A stretch of 64,000 bases of DNA, taken from NCBI GenBank assembly GCA_044356725.1, contig JBIKVS010000005.1, positions 7,876 through 71,875 of the forward strand, read 5' to 3'. Within the stretch, counting starts at the first letter, position 1. Each line of letters opens with the position of its first letter. This document shows positions 37,642 through 47,643 of the stretch, piece by piece. Made by a program: the position numbers and the translations under genes. The notes beneath the pieces were generated by a model that saw nothing but the letters and a program-made list of their open reading frames with translations, was not told the DNA's origin and did no database searches. The DNA comes from Minisyncoccia bacterium (GTDB taxonomy: Bacteria > Patescibacteriota > Minisyncoccia > SW-4-49-11).

Positions 37642-40600
37642 TTATCTCACTACAAGGAAGCTAATCAATTCAAAATCTTCTAGTCCCTGTACATTTTGTC
37701 TAGTAAAAGTAGTTCCTCCTGGTCGGAATAGGCTATCTAGATCGGTTTCCTCTTTAAGGTTAATAATTGAGTCGATGGCTTGGTCTAATAGTTCAGAATA
37801 TTCTTGCATATTATTGCCATCATCGGTTTCTTGGTTGAATGGTTGATATACTTCTGGAATTGGAGTATTGTCATTTCTGGCTATGGCTCTCATTATATCT
37901 AGAGTTTTTTTGACATTAAGATGATTGACTACAATTTCGCCATCTTGTGAGATATATACTAGATAAAATGGGTGTAATTGATTTATATTATTGATATTGA
38001 TTTCATTACGACGATTTTTGAGTATAAAGATAACTCCTGGATTGGCATTGATTTCTGGTTTGGCCTTACAAACTGCATGCATTCCTGTGGGCATATTTTG
38101 ATAGGTTTTGAGGTCATTAGCTTTACCTATCAAATCCATTCTAAAATCATTGAGTCCTAAATCGGTGATTGAAACTCCTGTATCCATATCTTCCAAATCA
38201 ATTACTTCATTTTGTAGTTTTTGTAATTGTTTTTTACGAAATTCTAAATCAACTGAGCTATTATTTAAGACATTATCCTCTCCTGTAGATACATTCACCA
38301 TAGTCATTCTATTCTCTACTCTATTCTTAAGGTCAATATAAGAGTCTAAATCTATTGATGGCCAGAAATTTACTAATTGTATATCTTTGTTTTGAGACCC
38401 GATTCTATCTATTCTTCCAAATCTCTGAATAATTCGAACTGGGTTCCAATGTATATCATAATTTACTAGATAATCACAATCTTGAAGATTTTGTCCTTCC
38501 GAAATACAATCTGTGGCGATGAGAATGTCTATTTCTGGATAATCTTGATATTTATCTTGTCTTTTCTTCGATTTTGGGGAGAAAAATGTGAGCAAGGTAT
38601 TAAAATCTGAACCTATATTTAAGGTGGATTTATTATTACCAGAACCTATAATTTGAGCTACTTCCAAGTTTAGATTATTCTTAGCATAAACTGATATATG
38701 TTCATATAAATATTCGGCTGTATCTGCAAAAGCAGTAAAGATTAAAATCTTTTTATTATTTGGGTTAATTGGATGCTTTTGTTTATATTCAATAATATTT
38801 TTTAAGGCTCTTAGCTTACTATCTTGTTCTGGTGTGACTCTTGTCATTTCTAAAAGTATGGAGTTAATTATGGCAAGGTCAGCTTCTAAATCTCGCTTCC
38901 AAGTCAAGGTATCCATATCTTCTAATTTGATTTGGACTTTTTGTCCTATAATTGAGTCTTCGTCATCTTCTTCGGTTATAGTATTGAAACTTCCTGCTTG
39001 ACTACTATGATTTGTTTCAAATGCTGATATTTTTTGTAAATTCTCTTCAATATTTTGTTGTAAACTAGATAGAGTTAAGCGAAAAGAATGAACCGAACTT
39101 TCTAATCTTTTTAGTAAATTAGTAAATATGAGCTTTTTAAGACTCATTTCTCTAGTAGATTGCTGAAAACTAACTCTATCTGTGACTTTAGTGTCGTATA
39201 GATCACTATAATAATCTTGCTTTCCTATTAGAATATAGTTGGTGGGAGAATATACAGCTAAAGATAATTTTAATAGCTTATCTGCCACTTCTGACATATC
39301 CATAAAGTCTGGTAAATCGGTTATCTCAGGGTTTAAAGGAATTGGTTTAAGTCTATTAGGGAATTGTCCAATTTGAGACATATCATAGTATTTTTGTATA
39401 TGTTTACGACTTCTAGCTATGGTTATGCTATCTAATAATTTGAAGAAATCAAAGTGGCTACTTAGTCTATTCAATAATTCTGATGTTGTCCTCTCCTCTG
39501 CTGGTAATTTAGACCATTGATTAAAAGTTGTCTGAGCTCTTTTGATAATAGAATCTATGGAATATTTAGGGTCTATATTCTCATCAATTTGATTGGTCTT
39601 ACCTTCATAAGCTAATGCGATCTGATTTTTGAGATCTGATAATTCATTATTTACCGGAGTTGCTGAGAGCATTAAAACTTTAGTTTGAACTCCAGCTTTC
39701 ATAACGTCATCTAAAAGTTTATCATAACGAGTTTTCTTTTTGCCCTCATCTGTTGAGCTATTATTTTTATTACGAAAATTGTGAGACTCATCTATGACTA
39801 CTAAATCGTAATTCCCCCAATTAATTCTAGATAGGTCAATCTCTCCTGAGCGACCAAACTCTCTTGATAAATCAGTGTGAAATAAGACATCATAATTAAA
39901 TCTATCTTTAATAAGAGGATTGTCATAATAAGTTTTAGTATAAGTCTGCCAATTATCTCCTAACTTTTTTGGACAAAGCACTAATATATTTTGATTTCTC
40001 TCTTGATAGTATTTGATTACTCCTAATGTGGTGAATGTTTTTCCTAGACCAACACTATCTGCTAATATACATCCGTTATATCTTTCTAGTTTATTTATTA
40101 TTCCTATAACGGCATCTTTCTGAAAATCGTATAAAATATTCCAAATTTGGGATTCTTTGAAACCTGTTTTTTCATTTGGCAATTCATCTTCAATGATATT
40201 TTCTAAAAACTCATTAAAAATATTATATAGAGTAAAATAATAAATAAATGATGGTGGATTTTCTTTATATAAATTACTAATATAGTCCACTACTTCATCC
40301 GTCACATCTTTCAAAGCTTTTGGATCATTCCATAAGTTGTTGAAATTATTTAGATATTGCTGAGTTAATTCTTTACCTAATAATTTGGTTGTCCCTCGTA
40401 GAATAACTCCATCACTTTCATATCCAAAACCTGCACTACTAAATTCATCTAAAGGCAAATAAACAGTGGATTCATCCTTATTGTCTATGGCTAAATTAGA
40501 ATGTATGCCTCCATGTATATTGGATTTAAACTTTACTTTTTGCTCTATCCATTGTTTACACTCTTTGGCAATTGCCCTGCCAGTCAATTCATTTTTTAAA

Positions 40601-40881
40601 TTTATTTCAAATTCTGATCCACCAACAGATTGTTTCTTTTTATCTGATCTAATTTCAAATAACTTTTGCTCTCGTGAAGTTTTTTCAGCTTCTATAAAGG
40701 TTGGGTCTGTAAAAATAAATCTTAATTCATCAATATCGGACAACTCTTTTTTTAAGCTATTATACCCATACATTGAGAATATAGAGGCAGCAACTGAAAC
40801 CTTTGCCCCAGATTTGAGATCTTTTTTTAGTTCATCTCCAATTTTATCAGTGGTATTATTTAACAGCTTTGGAATTGACAT
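37642..40881 (-). CDS. SNF2-family helicase with degenerate PLD-like N-terminal domain
   Basis: GLGKTFT (I), VVIDESHNFRN (II), MLSATPVNN (III), QRFGRIDRIG (VI). The N-terminal 150 aa align in pattern with the PLD domain of 20102-23500 but lack an HxK. Confidence 0.65.
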   Translation of the reverse strand: MSIPKLLNNTTDKIGDELKKDLKSGAKVSVAASIFSMYGYNSLKKELSDIDELRFIFTDPTFIEAEKTSREQKLFEIRSDKKKQSVGGSEFEINLKNELTGRAIAKECKQWIEQKVKFKSNIHGGIHSNLAIDNKDESTVYLPLDEFSSAGFGYESDGVILRGTTKLLGKELTQQYLNNFNNLWNDPKALKDVTDEVVDYISNLYKENPPSFIYYFTLYNIFNEFLENIIEDELPNEKTGFKESQIWNILYDFQKDAVIGIINKLERYNGCILADSVGLGKTFTTLGVIKYYQERNQNILVLCPKKLGDNWQTYTKTYYDNPLIKDRFNYDVLFHTDLSREFGRSGEIDLSRINWGNYDLVVIDESHNFRNKNNSSTDEGKKKTRYDKLLDDVMKAGVQTKVLMLSATPVNNELSDLKNQIALAYEGKTNQIDENIDPKYSIDSIIKRAQTTFNQWSKLPAEERTTSELLNRLSSHFDFFKLLDSITIARSRKHIQKYYDMSQIGQFPNRLKPIPLNPEITDLPDFMDMSEVADKLLKLSLAVYSPTNYILIGKQDYYSDLYDTKVTDRVSFQQSTREMSLKKLIFTNLLKRLESSVHSFRLTLSSLQQNIEENLQKISAFETNHSSQAGSFNTITEEDDEDSIIGQKVQIKLEDMDTLTWKRDLEADLAIINSILLEMTRVTPEQDSKLRALKNIIEYKQKHPINPNNKKILIFTAFADTAEYLYEHISVYAKNNLNLEVAQIIGSGNNKSTLNIGSDFNTLLTFFSPKSKKRQDKYQDYPEIDILIATDCISEGQNLQDCDYLVNYDIHWNPVRIIQRFGRIDRIGSQNKDIQLVNFWPSIDLDSYIDLKNRVENRMTMVNVSTGEDNVLNNSSVDLEFRKKQLQKLQNEVIDLEDMDTGVSITDLGLNDFRMDLIGKANDLKTYQNMPTGMHAVCKAKPEINANPGVIFILKNRRNEININNINQLHPFYLVYISQDGEIVVNHLNVKKTLDIMRAIARNDNTPIPEVYQPFNQETDDGNNMQEYSELLDQAIDSIINLKEETDLDSLFRPGGTTFTRQNVQGLEDFELISFLVVR

Positions 40882-40964
40882 AAAGCTATGATCTTTTATA
40901 GAGATTTATATAATTACTAATTCATATTATACCACATTTTTGCCTTTTTGTTTAGGGTAGTGAG

Positions 40965-41080
40965 AAAATGCAAAATCTATCGACAAAAATTGTCGATAGA
41001 AATCTAAACTCCCTTATATTGGCTGATTTATAAGTATTTTTTATCTGCCAAAATTGTCGATAGATTGTCGATAGAAATTA
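40965..41080. promoter_or_regulatory. second copy of the palindromic operator-like module
   Basis: atctatcgacaaaaattgtcgatagaaat at 40965-40993, then cccttatattggctgatttataag..., then attgtcgatagattgtcgatagaaatta. About 85% identical to 18546-18656. Confidence 0.5.
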
Positions 41081-41142
41081 TTTAGTCCTGTTTGAGTTCT
41101 AAATTATGGCAAATTCGCTATAATTAAAATTTTTGGAGTAAA

Positions 41143-41168
41143 GAAAAAAGCCACCTTGTGTGGTGGCT
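41143..41168 (-). terminator. Rho-independent terminator
   Basis: Minus strand reads gccaccacacaaggtggc followed by tttttt. Confidence 0.5.
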
Positions 41169-41187
41169 TGGGGTTGAGAGAAAATTC

Positions 41188-41556
41188 TCAGATTGGGCTT
41201 TTGGGAACAAGTCCGAGGCGCTCAACCTCAGGTTTGAGGTGGCAGACCTCTGGTTGTTCTGTTCTTTCTAACAATGGATCTCCGAGCAGAGCATACCCTG
41301 AAGTTGATGAACCCCCACTGTAGTAGGGAGCACAGTTAATGGGGCGGGATGCCCTGATCTGATCTCGAGCATCAGAGGCTGCGGCTATGTGAAGCATAGC
41401 AGCGTGAAGCATAGCAGCAGAAGCTTCGGCTCTGTGAAGCCTTGGAAGGAAGTAAATACTTGGTGTAGAACCAACTATTACTCCGAAAAGTAAGAAGAGA
41501 ATACGAGAGTCAGGCTTCCAAAGAGAATTTTGTTTGATAACTTCAGGTTTTTTCAT
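41188..41556 (-). CDS. small N-terminally anchored protein in a GC-rich (about 50%) segment
   Basis: 122-aa ORF with a TM segment (ILFLLFGVIVG). Contains the internal tandem 15-bp repeat gtgaagcatagcagc x2. Confidence 0.3.
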   Translation of the reverse strand: MKKPEVIKQNSLWKPDSRILFLLFGVIVGSTPSIYFLPRLHRAEASAAMLHAAMLHIAAASDARDQIRASRPINCAPYYSGGSSTSGYALLGDPLLERTEQPEVCHLKPEVERLGLVPKSPI

Positions 41557-41629
41557 TGAAAAATGAATTTGTTTTTCAAATAGACATTAGCACATAAAAC
41601 ACATTTTGTCAATAGTAGTCGTCAATTTG

Positions 41630-41900
41630 TAGTATGAGAGGCGATATGTCCACCCTCCGCCGTCGCAAATGGGATTTGCTCCTTGAAAACCCACGGTTTC
41701 CAACACTCGGTCTTTGACCTCGTTGCCTTCCTCCACGGAAAAACTCCCGTTTTCCCGACCCCTTTCCCAAAGTCTAAAGCCTTTTTACGGTGACACCTCC
41801 CCCAAGGGAGGACACAATACTTTTCCACCCCGTCAGGCAAAGCCTGCCACCCCTCAAGAGGGGAATTTAAAAAGCCACCGTGAGCGGGTGGCTTGGGGGG
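41630..41900. repeat. GC-rich modular repeat cluster (modules B-C-D-E)
   Basis: Shares over 85% identical blocks with 42150-42530 and 44350-44750. Ends with the gccaccgtgagcgggtggc terminator hairpin. Confidence 0.8.
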
Positions 41901-41915
41901 CTATGTATGAAGGAA

Positions 41916-42074
41916 TCAGGCACGAACTGCCCAGTGGCGGATACCAGGGCACTCCTGGTCCATCTCGTCACACATACTCTTGGCTTCTTTATCAGAGGAC
42001 ATGAGGATGGGAGAGGTTCCATGACCTGTCACTCCTGTGAAGGTTGATTTCCAATGAATTACGTAACGAAACAT
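41916..42074 (-). CDS. GC-rich paralogue (52 aa) of the 25271-25456 small-protein family
   Basis: MFRYVIHWKSTFTGVTGHGTSPILMSSDKEAKSMCDEMDQECPGIRHWAVRA aligns with ...VNWKHIGTGSEGKGKIIEYDSVEQVKSICEEMNQ... The terminator hairpin sits immediately downstream. Confidence 0.3.
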   Translation of the reverse strand: MFRYVIHWKSTFTGVTGHGTSPILMSSDKEAKSMCDEMDQECPGIRHWAVRA

Positions 42075-42149
42075 GGCCTTAGAGGTCAATTTACGATATT
42101 ATATATACCATATTTTACCAATTTTGTCAATAGTAGGCGTCAATTTGTA

Positions 42150-42530
42150 GTATGAGAAGCAATGTCCACCCTCCCCCTGCGGGTACTCCCTCCGAAGGGA
42201 GACATTAGATCAGGACACAATCCCCCGTCATAAATGTCCTCCTCCGCCGTCGTAAATAGGATTTACTCCTGTCCTCACTCCGTCGTCGCAAATGGGGATT
42301 TGCTCCTTGAAAACCCACGGTTTCCAACACTCGGTCTTTGACCTCGTTGCCTTCCTTCACGGTAAAACTACCGTTTTCCCGACCCCTTTCCCAGAATTTC
42401 AGTCTAACTACGGTGACACCTCCCCCGAGGGAGGACACAATACTTTTCCACTCTGTCCAGCAAAACCTGCCACCCCTCAAGAGGGGCATTTAAAAAGCCA
42501 CCGTGAGCGGGTGGCTTGGGGTTTAGTCGA
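42150..42530. repeat. GC-rich modular repeat cluster (modules A-B-B'-C-D-E)
   Basis: See the repeat family above. Confidence 0.8.
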
Positions 42531-42539
42531 TCTAGCTAT

Positions 42540-42735
42540 TTTGTGGTTCATATATATTCTACAGAGTGAATATAAGATCCATTACTTAATTGATTCATTT
42601 CTTCACAGATACTCTCTACCTGTCCGACTGAATCATATTCAATGATTGGTCCCTTACCTTCAGTACCATTTCCCATATGTTTCCAGTTAACCCGGGCTTT
42701 GATTTTTTTGGACTCCTACATATTAGGATTCATTT
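42540..42735 (-). pseudogene. pseudogene copy of the 25271-25456 small gene (CAG to TAG at codon 6)
   Basis: About 88% nt identity to 25255-25460, including flanks. Reads MNPNM*ESKKIKARVNWKHMGNGTEGKG... Confidence 0.5.
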
Positions 42736-42814
42736 TGGAGATACAGATTGTGTTTACTCAATACTTATAGCATAATATTGTTACTTTGTACATAAATTAA
42801 TTCTTCTTCGATAA

Positions 42815-43150
42815 TATTAGTCCACCCTCCCCCTACGGGTACTCCCTCCGAAGGGAGACATTAGCTCAGTCCACACCCGTCGCAAATGTCCTCCTCCCCC
42901 GTCGCAAATGGGATTTGCTCCTGTCCTCCTCCGTCACCTTTGGTGCCACCTCCCCCGAGGGAGGACAGAATGAAATCCATCCCAGCCTTGCAGGCTTTCC
43001 CCTCCGAAGGGGGACAATAACTCAAGTTACAGAATACTTCCACCCTGTCCAGCAAAGCTGTCCACCCCTCAATTTATCGACCGTAGGTGGAGAGAGGAAT
43101 TTTAATACAAAACACAGGCGACTGTAAGGTCGCTCCTAGGAAACAAATGG
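42815..43150. repeat. GC-rich modular repeat cluster (modules A-B-D-E')
   Basis: Contains cctcaatttatcgaccgtaggtggagag...ttttaatacaaaacacaggcgactgtaaggtcgc, the same module as 44665-44745. Confidence 0.8.
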
Positions 43151-43214
43151 TGTGGCAAGAGACCTTAAGGTTTATAAATACTATTTAGATATCACAGAAC
43201 AATAGCCTATAAAG

Positions 43215-44222
43215 TTATTTTTTTATTTTCTCTACTAATTTATCAAAGTCATTTGCGTAATTTTTATCTTGAATTACTCTAAATTTATCATATTCTGCTT
43301 CAGCTTTGAGCTTAGCTTCAAGCATTGATACTTTACCGTTATCTAGCAAAATTGGATCCCCTGAAAGTTCTAAGAATTGGTGTAAGAAAATATCCCAATC
43401 TTTCATATTCATTACTTTTCTATTTCTGGCTCTACTTTCTGCTAGATCTAAATAAGCCGATACTATTCTCTCTAGTTCTTTAATATGATTTTGATCAAGA
43501 TAATTCTTAGCTATTACAACATCACTTTTTAAAATTTTACCACTGGGAGAATGTTTCCAAGTTTTTAAACCCATAAATATTTTTTTATGATCAGCCTCAT
43601 TGTATATAATTTCAGCTGCGGTCTTCCCAGTGATTGCCCAATGTAATTTATTTTGTACTGTTGCAAAAAAATGTTTAGTGATATCTGCTTGACTATCATA
43701 ATCTGCTGAAAGTGTGTATATATCTGTTATTTTCTGATATAGTCTCCTCTCACTCATTCGTATTTCACGAATTCTTTCAAGCATTTCATCAAAATAATCT
43801 TTACCAAAATGCTTGATTTGTTTCAGCTTCTCATCATCCATAGCAAAGCCTTTGATTATGTATTCTTGCAGAACTAGAGATGCCCATTTACGGAATTCTA
43901 TTGCTCTATGTGAATTTACACGATATCCAACTGCTAAAATAGCTTGCAAGTTATAATATTCTAATTTTCTTTTAACTTTTCTTTTACCTTCATTTTGAAC
44001 TATTTCCAAAATGGAAACAGTTGCCTCTTTGATAAGCTCACCTTCTGTATAAATATTATCTAAATGCTTTGAAATAGCTGGGATTTTGACCTCGAATAAC
44101 TCAGCCATCTTCTTTTGGGTAAGCCATAAGGTTTCATCTTTAAAAAAAACATCAATGTTAATCTTCCCTGAGTCTGTTTGGAATATAACGAAATTATTTA
44201 ATAGCTCTAAATCTTGGCTCAT
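43215..44222 (-). CDS. RhuM-family protein
   Basis: YNLQAILAVGYRVNSHRAIEFRKWASLVL, YQKITDIYTLSADYD, KLHWAITGKTAAEII. Confidence 0.6.
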   Translation of the reverse strand: MSQDLELLNNFVIFQTDSGKINIDVFFKDETLWLTQKKMAELFEVKIPAISKHLDNIYTEGELIKEATVSILEIVQNEGKRKVKRKLEYYNLQAILAVGYRVNSHRAIEFRKWASLVLQEYIIKGFAMDDEKLKQIKHFGKDYFDEMLERIREIRMSERRLYQKITDIYTLSADYDSQADITKHFFATVQNKLHWAITGKTAAEIIYNEADHKKIFMGLKTWKHSPSGKILKSDVVIAKNYLDQNHIKELERIVSAYLDLAESRARNRKVMNMKDWDIFLHQFLELSGDPILLDNGKVSMLEAKLKAEAEYDKFRVIQDKNYANDFDKLVEKIKK

Positions 44223-44349
44223 ACTATTATGTTTGTATATTATGTAATTTAATTATACCGCATTTTAAGATTTTTGAGGAGGGGTGAAATTATAAATTAT
44301 GGATTGTTAATTATTAAATGATAAATTAGTAGAGTCGGTGCCCTCACCG

Positions 44350-44750
44350 ACATTATTCTAGAATTCCACCCTCCCCCTACGGGTACTCCCTCCTAAGGGA
44401 GACATTAGCTCAGTACACAATCACCCGTTAAAATGTCCGACGCCGTCGCAAATTGGATTTACTCCTGTCCTCACTCCGTCGTCGCAAATGGGGATTCGCT
44501 CCTTGAAAACCCACGGTTTCCAACACTCGGTCTTTGACCTCGTTGCCTTCCTTCACGGTAAAACTACCGTTTTCCCGACCCCTTTCCCAGAATTTCAGTC
44601 TAACTACGGTGACACCTCCCCCAAGGGAGGACAAAATACTTTTCCACCCCGTCAGGTGAAACCTACCACCCCTCAATTTATCGACCGTAGGTGGAGAGGG
44701 GAGTTTTAATACAAAATACAGGCGACTGTCAGGTCTCACCTATAAATGCA
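44350..44750. repeat. GC-rich modular repeat cluster (modules A-B-B'-C-D-E')
   Basis: See the repeat family above. Confidence 0.8.
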
Positions 44751-44784
44751 AAAGCTCTCGAGAGTGAAATTTTATATTCTAGGA

Positions 44785-45762
44785 TTACTTCTTACTTAAC
44801 AATAAACTTACTAAGTCTATCATTTTATCTTTGTCTTTTGGGTTACTGGTGGCGATGAGTAGGGTTATAGCGGTTAGGGCTTCTGGGGTGATTTTGTGTT
44901 GGAATGGGATTTTAGCTTTTTGTAAAAACCAGATAAAACTAAAGGCTCCGGTTCTTTTATTACCGTCATTGAATGGATGGTTTTTGATGATTAAATACAT
45001 CAGGTTAGAGGCTTTAGCTTCGATTGTAGGATAAACATCTTCTCCAAAGGCTGTTTGGAATATATTCCCAAAGATTCCTTCTAGACTTCCTGTCTGTTTC
45101 TCTTGGGCGAATAGGTCGGTGGCTTCTCCTCTACTCTGTAATTCTTGCCTAAATGTTGTAAGGTCATGATATAATTGGTTGGATTCTAGTTGTATGCTCT
45201 TTTGTGTTTTGGACTTGGCTTTTAGTTCAGATTTATCGTAGGCGTCTAGTGAAAACCATGTTTGGCTAAAGGCTTTGATTAATTCTAATATATCATTGGA
45301 GGATAGTTGATTCTGAGATATATTTTGTATATCTGTGAGTGCTTGTTGGAATAGTTTATAATTCTTGGAGATTAGCTTTTTGTTGATGGTATAGCCTTCA
45401 GTAATGTGTTGTCTGAGGGTTTGGGTTGCCCATTGTCTGAATTGAGTTGCTATTTTAGAATTAACTCTGTATCCGACTGATATTAATACATCTAGGTTAA
45501 AATATTCTATATTCCTTTCAACTTCTCTTTCTCCTTCTTTTTGAACTGTTGCAAAAAATGCAACAGCTGAATTTCTATCTAATTCTTCTTCTTTAAAAAT
45601 ATTTTTAATATGTCTTGATATTACTGATTTATCTCGGCCAAAGACAGAGGCTATCTGATCAAGATTAGCCCAGACTGTTTCTTTACTAAAGTCTCCTTTG
45701 AGTTCTATAGCTCCATTTGGTGCTTGATAGATGATGGTATTGGGTGATTTTTTATTTTTCAT
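44785..45762 (-). CDS. RhuM-like N-terminal domain fused to Fic/Doc domain
   Basis: N-terminus FNLDVLISVGYRVNSKIATQFRQWATQTL (RhuM block). C-terminus HPFNDGNKRTG (Fic/Doc HxFx(D/N)GNKR motif). Confidence 0.6.
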   Translation of the reverse strand: MKNKKSPNTIIYQAPNGAIELKGDFSKETVWANLDQIASVFGRDKSVISRHIKNIFKEEELDRNSAVAFFATVQKEGEREVERNIEYFNLDVLISVGYRVNSKIATQFRQWATQTLRQHITEGYTINKKLISKNYKLFQQALTDIQNISQNQLSSNDILELIKAFSQTWFSLDAYDKSELKAKSKTQKSIQLESNQLYHDLTTFRQELQSRGEATDLFAQEKQTGSLEGIFGNIFQTAFGEDVYPTIEAKASNLMYLIIKNHPFNDGNKRTGAFSFIWFLQKAKIPFQHKITPEALTAITLLIATSNPKDKDKMIDLVSLLLSKK

Positions 45763-45849
45763 ATTTTAAGTTATTAATGTTAATATTATACCACATTTTT
45801 GTCTTTTTGAAAAGGGGTGGGGCTAAATTATGAATTGTGAATTGTGAAT

Positions 45850-45975
45850 AATGTCCACCCCCGCCTTGCAGGCTACCCCCTCCAACTACCTACGGGTTTA
45901 CCTCTCGTAGGGATGGAGTTAAAAAGGGAGACAATAACTCAAAGTTTCAAAAATACTCCAATCCTTCAAGAGGTA
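45850..45975. repeat. GC-rich repeat element (variant modules)
   Basis: gtccacccccgccttgcaggct...ggagttaaaaagggagacaataactcaa, related to modules in 42815-43150 and 25540-25800. Confidence 0.6.
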
Positions 45976-45979
45976 ACTT

Positions 45980-46933
45980 TTAAATATTTATTAAAATCTC
46001 TATACACTCTTCAGCTTTATTACATTGCATAAGTTGAGAGCGGATATCACTGGCTCCTGGAAAATTATTGAGATACATTTTGAAGCATTTTTTCATCACG
46101 GCAAAGTTTTTCTCTTGTCGCCAAGTTTGGTCAAAAAGTTGTATATGCTCGATGAGTTTTTGCACCTTTATCTCTGTATTAAGTGTATTGTGGTCTATAT
46201 TGGGATCGAATATCCAAGGATTATGGAATACTCCTCTTCCAATCATTATGCCGTCGACTTTATATTGTTCTGCCATTGCTAATCCCTGTTGATAGGATAA
46301 TATATCACCGTTGCCGATTATAACTGTCTCTGGACTTAGCTGATTTTTTAGTTTGACGGCTTTACCTATTTCATCCCAATGTGTCGGGTAGTCTGATAGT
46401 TCTTTGACTGTGCGTCCATGTACGGTGAGGGCGTCGAGATTATGTTGTAATAAAAATCCAATCCATTCTTCGGTTTGAATCTCACCAAATCCAATTCTAG
46501 TTTTGACACTGACTGGTATATCGCCCGCTCCCTCTTTGGCGGCTTGAATAATATCTGATGCTAAGTTTGGGTTCTTGATTAAGGCTGAGCAGGCTCCTTG
46601 TTTGATTACTTTTTTGACTGGGCAGCCCATATTGATATCTAGGCCAGCAAATCCTTGTTCTCTAGCATAAACTCCCGCCTGATAATAATGCTCTGGTGTA
46701 ATGCCCCAAATTTGGGCTACTAGGGGCTGTTCCTCTGGAGTATACTGCAATCGATGAATTACCTTTGATCTTCCAATTTCAGAGGCGAGTCCTTCAACGC
46801 TGGTAAATTCTGTCACCATCACATCAGGTCTTCCACAAGAGCTAATAATTCTCCTAAAAACAGTATCTGTGACTTCCTCCATAGGAGCTAAGACAAAAAA
46901 TGGTTTAGGTAATGTTTGCCAAAAATTAGACAT
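45980..46933 (-). CDS. dus: tRNA-dihydrouridine synthase
   Basis: FVLAPMEEVTDTVFRRI..., TIM-barrel Dus family pattern with conserved Cys (GCPVKKV) and Lys. 317 aa. Confidence 0.8.
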   Translation of the reverse strand: MSNFWQTLPKPFFVLAPMEEVTDTVFRRIISSCGRPDVMVTEFTSVEGLASEIGRSKVIHRLQYTPEEQPLVAQIWGITPEHYYQAGVYAREQGFAGLDINMGCPVKKVIKQGACSALIKNPNLASDIIQAAKEGAGDIPVSVKTRIGFGEIQTEEWIGFLLQHNLDALTVHGRTVKELSDYPTHWDEIGKAVKLKNQLSPETVIIGNGDILSYQQGLAMAEQYKVDGIMIGRGVFHNPWIFDPNIDHNTLNTEIKVQKLIEHIQLFDQTWRQEKNFAVMKKCFKMYLNNFPGASDIRSQLMQCNKAEECIEILINI

Positions 46934-47044
46934 AGATATATTTAATATACTGCTTATGTTAGCATAAAAGTAGGATATTGGCTACTAGGTTTAATGTTTA
47001 TAATATTAATAGATCGTAGACAAATTATTAGTTATGAATTATGC

Positions 47045-47170
47045 TTCGACAGGCTCAACAAACTAAGTCCTCCTCCGTCACCTACGGTGCCACCTCCCCC
47101 AAGGGAGGACACAATACTTTATCTACTAGAAAGAAAAAAGCCCCCGCTATCAGCGACGGCGGGGGTAAAT
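47045..47170. repeat. GC-rich repeat module D plus terminator hairpin
   Basis: gtcctcctccgtcacctacggtgccacctcccccaagggaggacacaatact, then gcccccgc-tatcagcgacg-gcggggg with a T-run on the minus strand. Confidence 0.6.
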
Positions 47171-47185
47171 ATCAATAATCTTAAC

Positions 47186-47584
47186 TCATTGGAGTGGAAG
47201 TATAACTTTTTTTCTATCTGCAACGTATTCTAGTATTAAATACATTATAGAAGCTACTAACCATATTGCTAAAGCAATCAATTTATCTAGGTATCCAAAT
47301 ATAGATATAATAGGTGATATTACTACTATTACTAAGATTAGCCAAGCAACGATTATCAAGATTTTTTTACTTTTAAGAATCTGAATCCACCTTTTAAATA
47401 AAAATAATTGAAGACCTATAACAGCACCTAAAATCACAATAATTATATAAATTACAAGCGCAATTAATTCAATTGCTGGTGATACTATATATTTCCCAAA
47501 TATACCAAACTTGTTTTTAAAGTATTCTGTACAAGTCTCAACAGTGTTGATTAAACCTAGACAAAACTTCAATAAGAAGTTCAC
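47186..47584 (-). CDS. small multi-TM membrane protein
   Basis: 132 aa with 3-4 hydrophobic helices. Confidence 0.35.
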   Translation of the reverse strand: MNFLLKFCLGLINTVETCTEYFKNKFGIFGKYIVSPAIELIALVIYIIIVILGAVIGLQLFLFKRWIQILKSKKILIIVAWLILVIVVISPIISIFGYLDKLIALAIWLVASIMYLILEYVADRKKVILPLQ

Positions 47585-47643
47585 TCATCATTTAAGGTGC
47601 GGGACCACAAATATATTACACCAAACACTATAAAATAGCAACA

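Noticed and set aside
41600-43150. Possible CRISPR array (repeated GC-rich units separated by unique-looking sequence)
   Set aside because: Repeat units are long (40-110 bp), of several different types, irregularly spaced and mosaic. There is no constant repeat/spacer periodicity and no cas genes in the window.
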